Shown here piece after piece: positions 27,177 through 37,220 of a stretch of 64,000 bases of DNA. The translations under genes were made by a program, and so were the position numbers. The notes under the pieces were generated by a model that saw nothing but the letters and a program-made list of their open reading frames with translations, was not told the DNA's origin and ran no database searches. The number at the start of each line of letters is the position of its first letter. Position 1 is the stretch's first letter. The DNA comes from an uncultured Bacteroidales bacterium (GTDB lineage Bacteria > Bacteroidota > Bacteroidia > Bacteroidales > JAGOPY01): the NCBI GenBank assembly GCA_964567785.1, contig CAZMOK010000006.1, positions 7,331 to 71,330 on the forward strand, in the 5' to 3' direction.

Positions 27177-29120
27177 TTAATTTTTATTCTCTGTTTCCTT
27201 TTCTATTTCTTTATCAATCAATCCCGTAAAATCAGCAACCGGGTAAGCGCCTATATCACCTTCACCCTGCCTGCGGACTGAAACCGTATTCTCAGCCTCT
27301 TCTTTCTCTCCGACAATAAGGAGATATGGAATTTTCTTCAACTCGGCGTCCCTGATCTTCCGTCCAATCTTTTCACTACGCCCGTCTATAAGCGCGCGAA
27401 TTTCCGATTTTTTTAGCAAAGATAAAACTTTTTCGGCATATTTTTGATACTTCTCGCTGATAGGCAGTACAATAGCCTGATCGGGTATAAGCCAAAGAGG
27501 AAACTTTCCTGCACTGTGCTCCAGGAGTACTGCAACAAACCGCTCCATTGAGCCAAACGGCGCCCTGTGTATCATTATGGGACGATGCTTTTCGTTATCG
27601 CTGCCTGTGTATTCAAGCTCAAACCTGTCGGGAAGATTATAATCAACCTGGATGGTACCCAGTTGCCAGCTTCTGCCAAGCGCATCTTTTACCATGAAAT
27701 CCATCTTCGGACCATAAAAGGCAGCCTCCCCTTCTTCCACAACATAATCCAAACCACTCTCTTCAGCAACTTCCATAATTGCCTTTTCTGACTTCTCCCA
27801 GTTCTCGTCAGTGCCAATATATTTTTCCTTGTCACCCGGGTCACGAAGAGAGATCTGAGTTATAAAATCATTGAAATCAAGTGCTTTGAATATTTTCATC
27901 ACAATCTCAATCACCCCTTTGAACTCCTCTTTCAACTGGTCAGGAGTGCAAAAAATATGAGCATCGTCCTGAGTAAATCCCCTCACCCGGGTAAGTCCGT
28001 GCAACTCTCCGCTCTGTTCATAACGGTAAACTGTTCCGAACTCTGCATACCTGACAGGAAGGTCGCGATAGGACCTGGGTCGGGATTTATAGATTTCGCA
28101 ATGATGCGGGCAATTCATCGGTTTAAGGAAGTATTGCTCGCCCTCAATTGGTGTGTTGATAGGTTTGAATGAATCCTTCCCGTACTTTTGAAAATGTCCT
28201 GAGGTCTTGTAAAGCTCTACATTTCCAATATGAGGTGTTATTACCGGGTCGTAGCCGGCTTTTTTCTGGACTTTTTTTAGGAAGTTCTCCAGGCGTTCCC
28301 TGAGCTCTGCACCTTTCGGTAACCATAACGGAAGACCTGCCCCCACCTGCTGAGAGAATGTGAAGATCTCCAGCTCTCTCCCGAGCACCCTGTGGTCGCG
28401 TTTTTTAGCCTCTTCCAGCACCTCAAGGTATTCGGTAAGTTCCTTTTGTTTCGGGAAAGTAATGCCGTATATCCTGGTGAGCATTTTCCTGTTCTCATCT
28501 CCCCTCCAGTAAGCCCCGGCTACATTAAGAAGCTTGACAGCCTTGATAAAACCGGTGTTGGGAAGGTGTGGTCCGCGACAAAGATCGGTGAAGGTCCCTG
28601 AGTTGTAAAAACTGATCTCGCCATCCTCAAGCTCACTAATCAGTTCAATCTTATACTCGTCGCCTTTGTTGCCGAAATAGTCAAGAGCTTCTTTCTTTGA
28701 AACATCCTTTCTTTCATAAGTCTGCTTCTCTTTTGCAAGCTCTTTCATCTTTTTTTCGATCTTCTCAAGATCTTCATCCGAAACCTGTCTGTCGCCAAAG
28801 TCCACATCATAGTAAAATCCTTTTTCAATGTCGGGACCAATGCCAAACTTTACGCCGGGGTAAAGCTGTTCGATGGCTTCCGCCATGAGATGGGCCGAAG
28901 AATGCCACATGGTGGCCTTACCCTCTTTATCACTCCAGGTAAGAAGCTGAACCCTGGCATTATCCTCTATTGGCCTGGTTGCATCCCATACCTCACCATT
29001 TACTTTTGCCGCAAGGACATTCCGGGCAAGGCCCTCACTTATGCTCCTGGCAATGTCCAGACCGGTGACACCTGGTTCGAATTGTCTGACCGAGTTATCA
29101 GGTAGTGTTATATTGATCAT
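27177..29120 (-). CDS. thrS: Threonine--tRNA ligase
   Basis: TGS domain, [54 protein letters not shown] box at 29149-29156 (- strand); ATG 29120 preferred. Confidence 0.97.
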   Translation of the reverse strand: MINITLPDNSVRQFEPGVTGLDIARSISEGLARNVLAAKVNGEVWDATRPIEDNARVQLLTWSDKEGKATMWHSSAHLMAEAIEQLYPGVKFGIGPDIEKGFYYDVDFGDRQVSDEDLEKIEKKMKELAKEKQTYERKDVSKKEALDYFGNKGDEYKIELISELEDGEISFYNSGTFTDLCRGPHLPNTGFIKAVKLLNVAGAYWRGDENRKMLTRIYGITFPKQKELTEYLEVLEEAKKRDHRVLGRELEIFTFSQQVGAGLPLWLPKGAELRERLENFLKKVQKKAGYDPVITPHIGNVELYKTSGHFQKYGKDSFKPINTPIEGEQYFLKPMNCPHHCEIYKSRPRSYRDLPVRYAEFGTVYRYEQSGELHGLTRVRGFTQDDAHIFCTPDQLKEEFKGVIEIVMKIFKALDFNDFITQISLRDPGDKEKYIGTDENWEKSEKAIMEVAEESGLDYVVEEGEAAFYGPKMDFMVKDALGRSWQLGTIQVDYNLPDRFELEYTGSDNEKHRPIMIHRAPFGSMERFVAVLLEHSAGKFPLWLIPDQAIVLPISEKYQKYAEKVLSLLKKSEIRALIDGRSEKIGRKIRDAELKKIPYLLIVGEKEEAENTVSVRRQGEGDIGAYPVADFTGLIDKEIEKETENKN

Positions 29121-29380
29121 CTTGTCTCCCAAAATTCAAAATTGGCTGCAAAATTAGAGAATTCTCACTTATCCGCAAAAGTACCACATACTAATAATGT
29201 TTATCAGATGTAAATTGTTCGGTCATTATCATAAAATACTCTGTCAGGAGCAGTAAATCTGTGACCTATTAATATCCAACAATCTAACAGATAAAAAATT
29301 TATATCACTTATAATTCACATTATCAGCTACATATAATATTTTAGTATTATATTTTATTAAATATTATAAATATTTTATT

Positions 29381-29419
29381 ACTTTGTATTGCATAGTTCT
29401 ATAAATTATTATATATTTG
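29381..29419 (+). promoter_or_regulatory. Candidate PadR operator and -7 box
   Basis: Imperfect palindrome ACTTTGTATTGCATAGT (29381-29397); TATATTTG box (29412-29419) with 4 nt between it and the ATG. Confidence 0.5.
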
Positions 29420-29423
29420 CTGC

Positions 29424-29765
29424 ATGAATCTCGACAGAACAATAGCTCAAATGCGCAAGGGTGTGCTGGAATTGTGTATCCTTGCTATAATATCGGAAAA
29501 AGATGCGTACGCCTCCGATATACTGAATAAATTGAAAGAATCTAAGCTTATAGTGGTTGAAGGGACACTCTACCCCTTGCTGACAAGACTGAAAAACGAA
29601 GGATTCCTGAGTTACAGATGGGAAGAGTCTAAATCAGGCCCTCCGAGGAAATATTATGAATTAACCGAACTGGGTGCTTCCATGCTTAAGGAATTGGACC
29701 AAAACTGGAAAGACCTTGTAAAAGCAGTCAATCAATTAACCTTGAATATAAATAAAGAATCGTAA
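29424..29765 (+). CDS. PadR family transcriptional regulator
   Basis: QMRKGVLELCIL, GTLYPLLTRL, GPPRKYYELT. Confidence 0.93.
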   Translation: MNLDRTIAQMRKGVLELCILAIISEKDAYASDILNKLKESKLIVVEGTLYPLLTRLKNEGFLSYRWEESKSGPPRKYYELTELGASMLKELDQNWKDLVKAVNQLTLNINKES

Positions 29766-29787
29766 GCCAGAAAAATCATTAAGAGTT

Positions 29788-31479
29788 ATGAAAAAGACTT
29801 TCACCATAAACATAAGCGGTATAGTTTTCAATATTGATGAAGATGCATATGAAAAACTGGGATCGTATCTCAGGAAAATAAAGAAGCATTTCCAGGGATC
29901 AGAAGGAGGTGAAGAGATCATTAATGATATTGAATCCCGTATTGCAGAGATCCTGCAAAACAAAATGAGTGATAAAAAACAGGTTGTGATAATCGATGAT
30001 ATAGATGAGATCATTGAGATAATGGGCCAGCCGGATGAATTCACCGGGGAAAGTTCGGAAGAGAATAAAGCTGAAGATGAGACCTTTGAAGCACCCCGAT
30101 ATAAAAGGTTATACCGGGATGTCGACAGCAGGTTGCTCGGTGGCGTTTGTGCCGGCATCGCTGCATACCTGAAGACCGATCCTGTCTGGATAAGACTGAT
30201 TTTTGTTGTGCTTACCCTGTTTTCCGGAATCGGGGTCCTTATATATCTCATCTTGTGGATAGTTGTTCCTGAAGCAAGGACCACTGCCGAAAAGCTCGAA
30301 ATGAAAGGCAGGCGGGTCAATATCTCGAACATTGAAAAATCTATTCAGGATGAGGTTGATCATCTTAAAGATAAGATCAACGACCTGACTGACGAAGCCA
30401 AGAATACCTTTAAAAAAAAAAGTAAGAACGTAAACGCACCGCGCGATCCCGTACCCGGATTGATCAAATCTTTTTTCAGTGTACTGGGAAGGCTTATACT
30501 TATTCTTGCCGGTGTGATCTTTTTCCTGCTCGGTATTTCATTCCTTGTGTTCCTTATTGCTTCAATACTTGGAGGGGGCACATTCTTTATTTTCGAAGAT
30601 ATTTATGTGACCCCATTCCCAGAAACCGGCTTCTTAAATATGCTCGTGGAATCACCTTCTAATATTCCTGTCATAAAAACAACACTGGCCCTGGTTACAG
30701 GCATCCCAATTATTATGCTGATTATTCTGGGCCTTACATGGATATTCGGATTAAAAAGAAACAGGGCTATTGGAATTGTAGCACTTAATGTTTGGGTGAT
30801 CTCGCTTGTAGTACTGCTCGTTTTTGTTTTCAATTTTGCCCGTGACTTCAGGTTTGAGGGAGATTATTCGAGAGAGGAAATCATCAAAACCATCCCGGCA
30901 AAAACCTTGATTATTATCAGTAATGAATCTGCAATTGATAAGAGGGATTATGCCTTGATTATGAGCAGAGACTGGATAATTACTGATAATGGTTATGAAT
31001 TTGAAGCTCTGGGTAAGCCTGATCTTACCTTCCATCTGTCGGATGACAGTTCCTGCCGGCTGGTACTCTATACACAAGCCAGGGGCAAGACCAAGTTCGA
31101 TGCGGAGTCCAGGGCCAGGGAAATAATCTATAATTACAGTTTCAACGACTCAACCCTGTTTTTGGACCATCATTTCAGACTTGCCAACAACGAAGTATGG
31201 AGAGACCAGGAACTGAACCTGAAATTATACCTGCCGCATGGACAAAGGATAAGGATCGGAAGAGATATGTCAGAAATATTGAGTACAAGAAATGAGTTTT
31301 CACGTTATTACATGGAAGAAAAAGAGTTCATTATGACCGAAAATGGACTTCAGCGCTATGAAAAAGAACTCACAGCCGCTGAAAATTCCAATGAGGTCCA
31401 TATGACAAGTAAAGCAGGGTTCTTACAAATATTCTCAGGCCTGGTTTTCAATAATTATAATTTATTTCCGGTACGTTAA
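29788..31479 (+). CDS. PspC domain-containing membrane protein (Bacteroidota long form)
   Basis: MKKTFTINISG N-terminal domain, KRLYRD...LGGVCAGIA PspC domain, YLILWIVVPEA; further TM helices and a periplasmic domain. Confidence 0.88.
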   Translation: MKKTFTINISGIVFNIDEDAYEKLGSYLRKIKKHFQGSEGGEEIINDIESRIAEILQNKMSDKKQVVIIDDIDEIIEIMGQPDEFTGESSEENKAEDETFEAPRYKRLYRDVDSRLLGGVCAGIAAYLKTDPVWIRLIFVVLTLFSGIGVLIYLILWIVVPEARTTAEKLEMKGRRVNISNIEKSIQDEVDHLKDKINDLTDEAKNTFKKKSKNVNAPRDPVPGLIKSFFSVLGRLILILAGVIFFLLGISFLVFLIASILGGGTFFIFEDIYVTPFPETGFLNMLVESPSNIPVIKTTLALVTGIPIIMLIILGLTWIFGLKRNRAIGIVALNVWVISLVVLLVFVFNFARDFRFEGDYSREEIIKTIPAKTLIIISNESAIDKRDYALIMSRDWIITDNGYEFEALGKPDLTFHLSDDSSCRLVLYTQARGKTKFDAESRAREIIYNYSFNDSTLFLDHHFRLANNEVWRDQELNLKLYLPHGQRIRIGRDMSEILSTRNEFSRYYMEEKEFIMTENGLQRYEKELTAAENSNEVHMTSKAGFLQIFSGLVFNNYNLFPVR

Positions 31480-31574
31480 TATCATTCCCCCACTTAGCAT
31501 TATCAACAATTTAGAATAATTCTAACAAACCAAAATTATTTAACTTTGTTAGTCAAAATACTAATATTGTTGAT

Positions 31575-34013
31575 ATGCGGGAAGTAGCTGAAAAAAAAGC
31601 CTCATCTGGAAAAAAGCAAACTACAGGGTTTTCTAAGAAAGAAGTACTTGACGATTACAGGATAGCCATTGAAAGCAGGCAGGTAAGTCTTTTGGGGAGA
31701 AGAGAAGTTCTAACAGGAAAGGCTAAGTTTGGCATTTTTGGTGATGGTAAAGAAGTCCCTCAACTGGCAATGGCAAGGGTTTTCAGGAATGGTGACTGGA
31801 GATCAGGCTATTATCGCGATCAGACTTTCATGTTCGCCACCGGACTGATGAGCCTGGAAGAGTTCTTCGCACAGCTTTACGGTGATACGGATCTTGAATA
31901 CAATCCCCAGACAGCCGGCAGATTGATGAACAACCACTTTGCCACGAGGAGCCTTGATGGAAAAGGTGAATGGAAAAACCTGATAAAGCAAAAGAATTCC
32001 TCGGCCGACATCTCCCCCACCGCCGGCCAGATGCCCCGGCTTCTTGGACTGGCACTTGCCTCCAGGGTATATCGTAATGAAAAAGATCTCTCCTCCTTCA
32101 AAGAATTTTCCGATAGAGGCAATGAAGTAGCATTCGGAACAATAGGTGATTCATCCACTTCGGAAGGACATTTCTTTGAAACAGTAAATGCTGCCGGAGT
32201 TCTTAAAATCCCAATGGCTGTCTCGGTTTGGGATGACGGCTGGGGAATATCAGTTCCCAAAAAGTTCCAAACAACAAAAAGTAGTATATCAGATATCCTT
32301 AAAGGTTTCGAAGCAAACAGCAAAGGCGAAGGATACCTCATTTTTAAAGGCAAGGCATGGGACTACCCCGGATTGCGAAAAATGTATAAAAAAGGCATTG
32401 AAAGATGCCGTAGGGAGCACATCCCTGTTTTGTTTCACATCGAAGAATGTACACAACCCCAGGGACATTCCACTTCCGGATCTCATGAGAGATATAAAAC
32501 AAAGGAACAGCTCGAATGGGAAGCCGAATATGATGGTTTGCGCAAAATGAGGGAGTGGGTCCTTAAGGAGAAAATCGCAACGGAAGAAGAGCTTGATAAG
32601 ATTGAGGACGAAGCGAAGAAAAGAGCCAAACAGGCAAAGAAGAATGCCTGGAATCATTATATGAAGCCCCTTAAGGAAAAAAGGGATTCTTTTCTCGATA
32701 TGGTGGATATAAGCACCTGTAACTGCGCCAAGACAGCAAAGATCAATGCCATCAAAGAGGAACTGGCCCAGGTTGGAGAGCCCATTTGGAAAGATATCAT
32801 GTCTTCAGGAAAAAAGATCCTCAGGCTCATCTGTGATCACTGCTCCGATCCACAGCATTCTTTGAAAAAGAACGTAATGGAATGGAGGGATGAAGCCCAA
32901 ACGCAGAACCAGTTAGCCTACAGCTCACATCTCTGGAGCGAATCGGAACACTCAGCAAACAAGGTTGAAGAAATAAAGGCTGAAATACCGAAAAATGCAA
33001 AGAAGATCCCCGGCAGGGAAATACTTAAGCTCAACTTCGACCGGATCTTTGAGAAATACCCGGAAGCACTGATCTTTGGTGAAGATGTCGGTAAAATCGG
33101 CGGAGTTAACCAGACACTCGAAGGCTTACAGGAAAAGTACGGTAATATAAGGGTTTCTGATACAGGCATTCGCGAGGCTACAATCATCGGACAAGGAATC
33201 GGTCTTGCCATGAGAGGACTAAGGCCCATTGCCGAAATACAATACTTCGACTACCTCCTTTATGGACTCCAGGTAATGAGCGATGACCTCGCAACATTGC
33301 AGTACAGGACCAGGGGCGGACAAAAAGCCCCGATGATCATCAGTACACGGGGGCACAGGCTTGAAGGTATCTGGCACTCAGGGTCCCCCCTGAGCATGGT
33401 CATTAATTCCATAAGAGGTGTTTATGTATGTGTTCCAAGGAATATGACACAGGCGGCGGGTTTTTATAATACAATAATGAAATCGGACGAGCCTGCACTG
33501 ATCATTGAGCCTCTCAACGGTTACAGGCTCTACGAGCCACTGCCATCCAATATAGGTGAATTTACAGTGCCGCTCGGAAGACCCGAAATACTGAAGAAAG
33601 GTAAAGATATTACAGTAGTTACCTATGGTTCCTGTGTGAGAATTGCCGAGGACGCTGCATCGCAACTGCAGGAATTCGGGATTGACGCAGAACTTGTAGA
33701 TATCCAGACCCTGTTGCCTTTCGACCTTGATAATGTTATACTTGAATCGCTGAAAAAAACAAACAGGGTGCTCTTCTTCGATGAAGACGTACCGGGCGGA
33801 GCCACGGCATTTATGATGCAGAAAGTTGTTGAAGAACAGAAAGGGTATTTTTATCTTGACTCAGAACCACGCACCCTCACTGCCAAAGCTCACAGGGCAG
33901 CCTATAGTACCGACGGCGACTACTTCAGCAACCCGAACGCAGAAGATGTTTTCGACTCTGTCTACAATATTATGCATGAAGTCAACCCGGCTAAATATCC
34001 CAAGATATTTTAG
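31575..34013 (+). CDS. 2-oxoacid dehydrogenase E1, fused alpha+beta (branched-chain type likely)
   Basis: TPP motif GDSSTSEG; GEDVG...DTGIREA; AEIQYFDY transketolase-like domains. Confidence 0.9.
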   Translation: MREVAEKKASSGKKQTTGFSKKEVLDDYRIAIESRQVSLLGRREVLTGKAKFGIFGDGKEVPQLAMARVFRNGDWRSGYYRDQTFMFATGLMSLEEFFAQLYGDTDLEYNPQTAGRLMNNHFATRSLDGKGEWKNLIKQKNSSADISPTAGQMPRLLGLALASRVYRNEKDLSSFKEFSDRGNEVAFGTIGDSSTSEGHFFETVNAAGVLKIPMAVSVWDDGWGISVPKKFQTTKSSISDILKGFEANSKGEGYLIFKGKAWDYPGLRKMYKKGIERCRREHIPVLFHIEECTQPQGHSTSGSHERYKTKEQLEWEAEYDGLRKMREWVLKEKIATEEELDKIEDEAKKRAKQAKKNAWNHYMKPLKEKRDSFLDMVDISTCNCAKTAKINAIKEELAQVGEPIWKDIMSSGKKILRLICDHCSDPQHSLKKNVMEWRDEAQTQNQLAYSSHLWSESEHSANKVEEIKAEIPKNAKKIPGREILKLNFDRIFEKYPEALIFGEDVGKIGGVNQTLEGLQEKYGNIRVSDTGIREATIIGQGIGLAMRGLRPIAEIQYFDYLLYGLQVMSDDLATLQYRTRGGQKAPMIISTRGHRLEGIWHSGSPLSMVINSIRGVYVCVPRNMTQAAGFYNTIMKSDEPALIIEPLNGYRLYEPLPSNIGEFTVPLGRPEILKKGKDITVVTYGSCVRIAEDAASQLQEFGIDAELVDIQTLLPFDLDNVILESLKKTNRVLFFDEDVPGGATAFMMQKVVEEQKGYFYLDSEPRTLTAKAHRAAYSTDGDYFSNPNAEDVFDSVYNIMHEVNPAKYPKIF

Positions 34014-34028
34014 TCATCAACCATAGTT

Positions 34029-35246
34029 TTGTTGCGAAAGACAGTAACATACGCCCTGATCATGATCTTGCTTCTGGCCGGGATCGCCGGATTGTGGTAT
34101 TATTTTCCTGCAAATACCCCGGCAACTGTAAACCGGGATTCTTTAAAAGAGATGCAACCACTAAAAGCAAAAGAAATTAGACATGCTTTTAGTCCCTTGA
34201 CAATCAGAAATAAACAATCTCAGGTAAATACAGGGAAGATTGAATTTGCTGATTATAGCGGCCGGGGATTTAAAGTCAGTAAAAGGACGGCCTGGAACCT
34301 GAGCCTCAAGGAGCAACGTACTATCAACTCACTGGATGAAAGAGGTTTCCGTAAAGAAATCTTTTCGAAAAGAGATATTCCGGACCTTGGAATGATCACC
34401 ATTATTATGGGTAACGACCTTTTTAATTTAACTGATTACTATTATACAAGTGGAGTTGGACTGGAAGTTACCCACCCGGTATTCTCTTTTTTGCCTACGC
34501 GGCACCTGCTCCTGCCCTTTTCCTCAAAAAGTACAGATTATTATGGTTTTTCTGTAATACAGGACCTCTACACACCTTATGATCTTGAGGACCCTGAAAT
34601 ACAATATGGAGACAGGCCCTTTGCTGCCTATCTTTGTATTGGTTTTTCAAAAACCTCCCTGTTCCGGGAACAGACGCTGCGTACAAAATCACAATTATAT
34701 TTCGGGATGATAGGGCCTGCTGCTTTAGGTAACTTCTCGCAGGATATCTTTCATTCACTGGAACCATCCGGATGGATCAACCAGGTAAACAACGATGTAG
34801 TAGTTAATTACAACGTAAATCTTTCTAAAGGAATCATTAGTGATAATAATTTCGAGCTCGTTACCGTTGCTTCAGGTAGGATAGGAACTTTGTTTACAGA
34901 TGTAGCATTGGGAGTTGTTATGAGGTTTGGAAATGAGCTTTCTACATTCAAATATTACACACCCCTTGAGAATAAAGGAAAGAAATTCAGATATGATCTT
35001 TTCCTCAACCTTGCAGGAAGGGCCAAAGGATATGATGCAACCCTTCAGGGCGGACTTTTTAACCGAACGAGTGTTTATGTCATTCCTGAAAGTAATATCG
35101 AGCGCTTTCTGTTCATTCCCTCTGCCGGTGTCAACCTATCCTACAGTATAGTTCAACTTCGCCTCGAACAACTGTACAGTTCTCCCGAGTTCACCGGGGC
35201 AAAACATCACTTTTTCGGGAGGATCTCCCTTAGCTTTAGCTTTTAA
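34029..35246 (+). CDS. Lipid A 3-O-deacylase LpxR-family outer-membrane protein with N-terminal extension
   Basis: NDLF...TDYYYTSG, QDLYTP, DRPFAAYL, GWINQ; terminal FSF. Confidence 0.72.
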   Translation: MLRKTVTYALIMILLLAGIAGLWYYFPANTPATVNRDSLKEMQPLKAKEIRHAFSPLTIRNKQSQVNTGKIEFADYSGRGFKVSKRTAWNLSLKEQRTINSLDERGFRKEIFSKRDIPDLGMITIIMGNDLFNLTDYYYTSGVGLEVTHPVFSFLPTRHLLLPFSSKSTDYYGFSVIQDLYTPYDLEDPEIQYGDRPFAAYLCIGFSKTSLFREQTLRTKSQLYFGMIGPAALGNFSQDIFHSLEPSGWINQVNNDVVVNYNVNLSKGIISDNNFELVTVASGRIGTLFTDVALGVVMRFGNELSTFKYYTPLENKGKKFRYDLFLNLAGRAKGYDATLQGGLFNRTSVYVIPESNIERFLFIPSAGVNLSYSIVQLRLEQLYSSPEFTGAKHHFFGRISLSFSF

Positions 35247-35268
35247 TTTTGTATCTTAAGGTAAGACT

Positions 35269-35571
35269 ATGTCTGAAAATAAAGAACATCAAAACAGAAA
35301 TAACTTATTCAATGAAGAAAAAGTAGAGTTTCCGGTTAGCTATGACCTTAAAGTATTCATGGACGGAACAATTCCTGATGAAGAAAACAAAGTTGAAGTA
35401 GCAAGAAGGCTTTATGAGCTGGAAATTCCCTTTTCACACTGGGAAAAACGACTGAGCAAAAAAGGAAATTATGTTTGCTTCACTGTCAGCATAACAGTGG
35501 ACAATAACAGCACTTTTAAAAGCCTCTACAAAAGGCTGGAAAGTATTCCCGGAATAAAACTGGCCATCTGA
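35269..35571 (+). CDS. DUF493 (YbeD-like, ACT-like fold) protein
   Basis: EFPVSYDLKV...SKKGNYVCFTV...YKRL. Confidence 0.75.
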   Translation: MSENKEHQNRNNLFNEEKVEFPVSYDLKVFMDGTIPDEENKVEVARRLYELEIPFSHWEKRLSKKGNYVCFTVSITVDNNSTFKSLYKRLESIPGIKLAI

Positions 35572-36140
35572 TGCATTTTATTGAACCATATTATACCTGG
35601 CGGCATCTGTATATTGCTTCTGAAGACGAAAGATCTCCCTTCTACGGAAGGGATTACAGTGAATTCGAATTCACACATGCTATTTACGATTACTGCATAC
35701 ATCCGCAATGGGACGAAATGGGGTCTTCAACCCTCTACCTTAAAATACTTTATGCTAATTATGAAGATGGATATTGTATTATTGAAATGATCGGCGAATG
35801 GAACGATGCCATCCATAACGATATCATGTACCTCAAAAGAAATGTGATCGAGGTACTAATGGAAAGCGGGATCGATAAATTCATACTGATAGGTGAAAAT
35901 GTGCTGAACTTCCATTCAGACGACCCGGACTATTACCAGGAATGGTTTGATGAAATTGAAGAAGGCTGGATCGTCGGACTTAATTTCAGGGAACATGTAA
36001 TCAATGAGTTCCGCGACTGCAACCTGGATTACTACATTGCTTTTGGCGGCAGGTTCAATGAATTTTCATGGCAGACCAATGATCCCCATCAACTTTTTCT
36101 TAAGATTGAAGGAATGATAATGAAACGATTAAACCCATAG
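35571..36140 (+). CDS. Conserved hypothetical protein
   Basis: Intact 189-aa ORF coupled to neighbours (IEPYYTWRHLY...HPQWD...GEWND). Confidence 0.75.
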   Translation: MHFIEPYYTWRHLYIASEDERSPFYGRDYSEFEFTHAIYDYCIHPQWDEMGSSTLYLKILYANYEDGYCIIEMIGEWNDAIHNDIMYLKRNVIEVLMESGIDKFILIGENVLNFHSDDPDYYQEWFDEIEEGWIVGLNFREHVINEFRDCNLDYYIAFGGRFNEFSWQTNDPHQLFLKIEGMIMKRLNP

Positions 36141-36146
36141 GTATTC

Positions 36147-36413
36147 ATGAAGCATCTTAATATAACAGTAAAAGGGAAAGTACAGAATGTCGGGTTCAGG
36201 CACTTCACCAATAAAAGAGCTAATGAACTGAATGTGAATGGCTTTGTAAAAAATTTACCCAATGGCGATGTATACATTGAGGCTGAAGCTGAGGAGAATG
36301 TGATTAATACATTCCTTACACTTGTCCGCCAGGGACCCACATGGGCAAGGGTGGATGATGTCTCTCTCCAGGAAGCACCGCCGGATAATTTTGAAGATTT
36401 CACGATAAGGTAG
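36147..36413 (+). CDS. acyP: Acylphosphatase
   Basis: VKGKVQNVGFR, GFVKNLPNG, GPTWARV. Confidence 0.92.
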   Translation: MKHLNITVKGKVQNVGFRHFTNKRANELNVNGFVKNLPNGDVYIEAEAEENVINTFLTLVRQGPTWARVDDVSLQEAPPDNFEDFTIR

Positions 36414-36415
36414 AA

Positions 36416-36478
36416 CAGTGTTCAGTTATCAGTTATCAGTTATCAGTTATCAGTTATCTGTTGTAAGTCAGTAGTTAG
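36416..36478. repeat. Heptamer tandem repeat (CAGTTAT)5 plus degenerate flanking units
   Basis: Five exact copies at 36423-36457, just after the acyP stop. Confidence 0.9.
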
Positions 36479-36508
36479 GCGCTATTTTGAGGTAATATAG
36501 GTTCTTAA

Positions 36509-36536
36509 ACTAAACACTAAAAACTAAACACTCAAC
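36509..36536. repeat. Degenerate heptamer tract ACTAAAC/ACTAAAA/ACTAAAC/ACTCAAC
   Basis: Four units abutting the mnmD stop codon. Confidence 0.75.
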
Positions 36537-36537
36537 G

Positions 36538-37212
36538 CTATTTTTTTACTGCTCTTAGCATATGCCTCTTGCCTTTTGGCCCGGGCAAACGCTCCACATC
36601 AAAACCAGCTTCTATTAGGTCCCTCCTGACCTGTCCCTTCGCTGAGTAAGTTACCAGAATGCCGTCCCGAACAACACACTCTCCTGTCGACGTTAAAACC
36701 TCTTTCTTCCACATTGGTGGTTGGAGATCCGGCCCGAAGGCATCATAATATACCAGGTTGAAGAAGTCTTTCTCAATATTATAAAACCTCCAGTCAGCCC
36801 TGATCTTTCTGAATTTAAAATCATCGCTGATCTGTATGCCATCACCCCATGGTGCCTTGTGCATCATAAGCAACAGTTCTTCAGCTCCTTGAAAATCAAT
36901 TATTTCACCATAGTTGAGTTTTATATATATGTCTTTCTCAATGGGATAAAGTTCAAAAGTACAGTAATCAACTTCTATCCCCCATTTCTGAGATTCTATG
37001 GAGGAAAGTAACGCATTGAGTCCCGTGCCGAAACCTGTCTCTAATATTTTTATATGTTTTATCCCTTTGCCGGCGAGCCACCTGAATCCATTCTCTATAA
37101 AGACATGCTCCGCTTCTGTAATTGCACCGTATGTGGAGTGGTAATGGTCGTCAATACCTTTATCATACAAGGTATGACTCCCGTCGCCGGTTATTTTCAG
37201 GATCTTTTTCAA
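36538..37212 (-). CDS. mnmD: tRNA (mnm5s2U34) methyltransferase, MnmC N-terminal-domain-like
   Basis: TGDGSHTL...HYHS..GA..EA.HVFI, ETGFGTGLN, YYDAFGP, TYSAKG, LPGPKGKR. Confidence 0.88.
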   Translation of the reverse strand: MKKILKITGDGSHTLYDKGIDDHYHSTYGAITEAEHVFIENGFRWLAGKGIKHIKILETGFGTGLNALLSSIESQKWGIEVDYCTFELYPIEKDIYIKLNYGEIIDFQGAEELLLMMHKAPWGDGIQISDDFKFRKIRADWRFYNIEKDFFNLVYYDAFGPDLQPPMWKKEVLTSTGECVVRDGILVTYSAKGQVRRDLIEAGFDVERLPGPKGKRHMLRAVKK

Positions 37213-37220
37213 ATACCAGG

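Noticed and set aside
29133-29380. T-box or structured leader for thrS; small ORF or sRNA in the AT-rich gap
   Set aside because: The thrS promoter box is about 30 nt from the start, and no T-box motif, stable structure or credible ORF was found.
30412-30421. A10 tract in the pspC-domain gene as a phase-variation switch
   Set aside because: It is in frame, encodes a Lys run, and nothing else in the sequence supports slippage; read data would be needed.
36423-36457. Tandem repeats (also 59251-59304) as a CRISPR array
   Set aside because: The units are directly adjacent with no spacers, and there are no cas genes.
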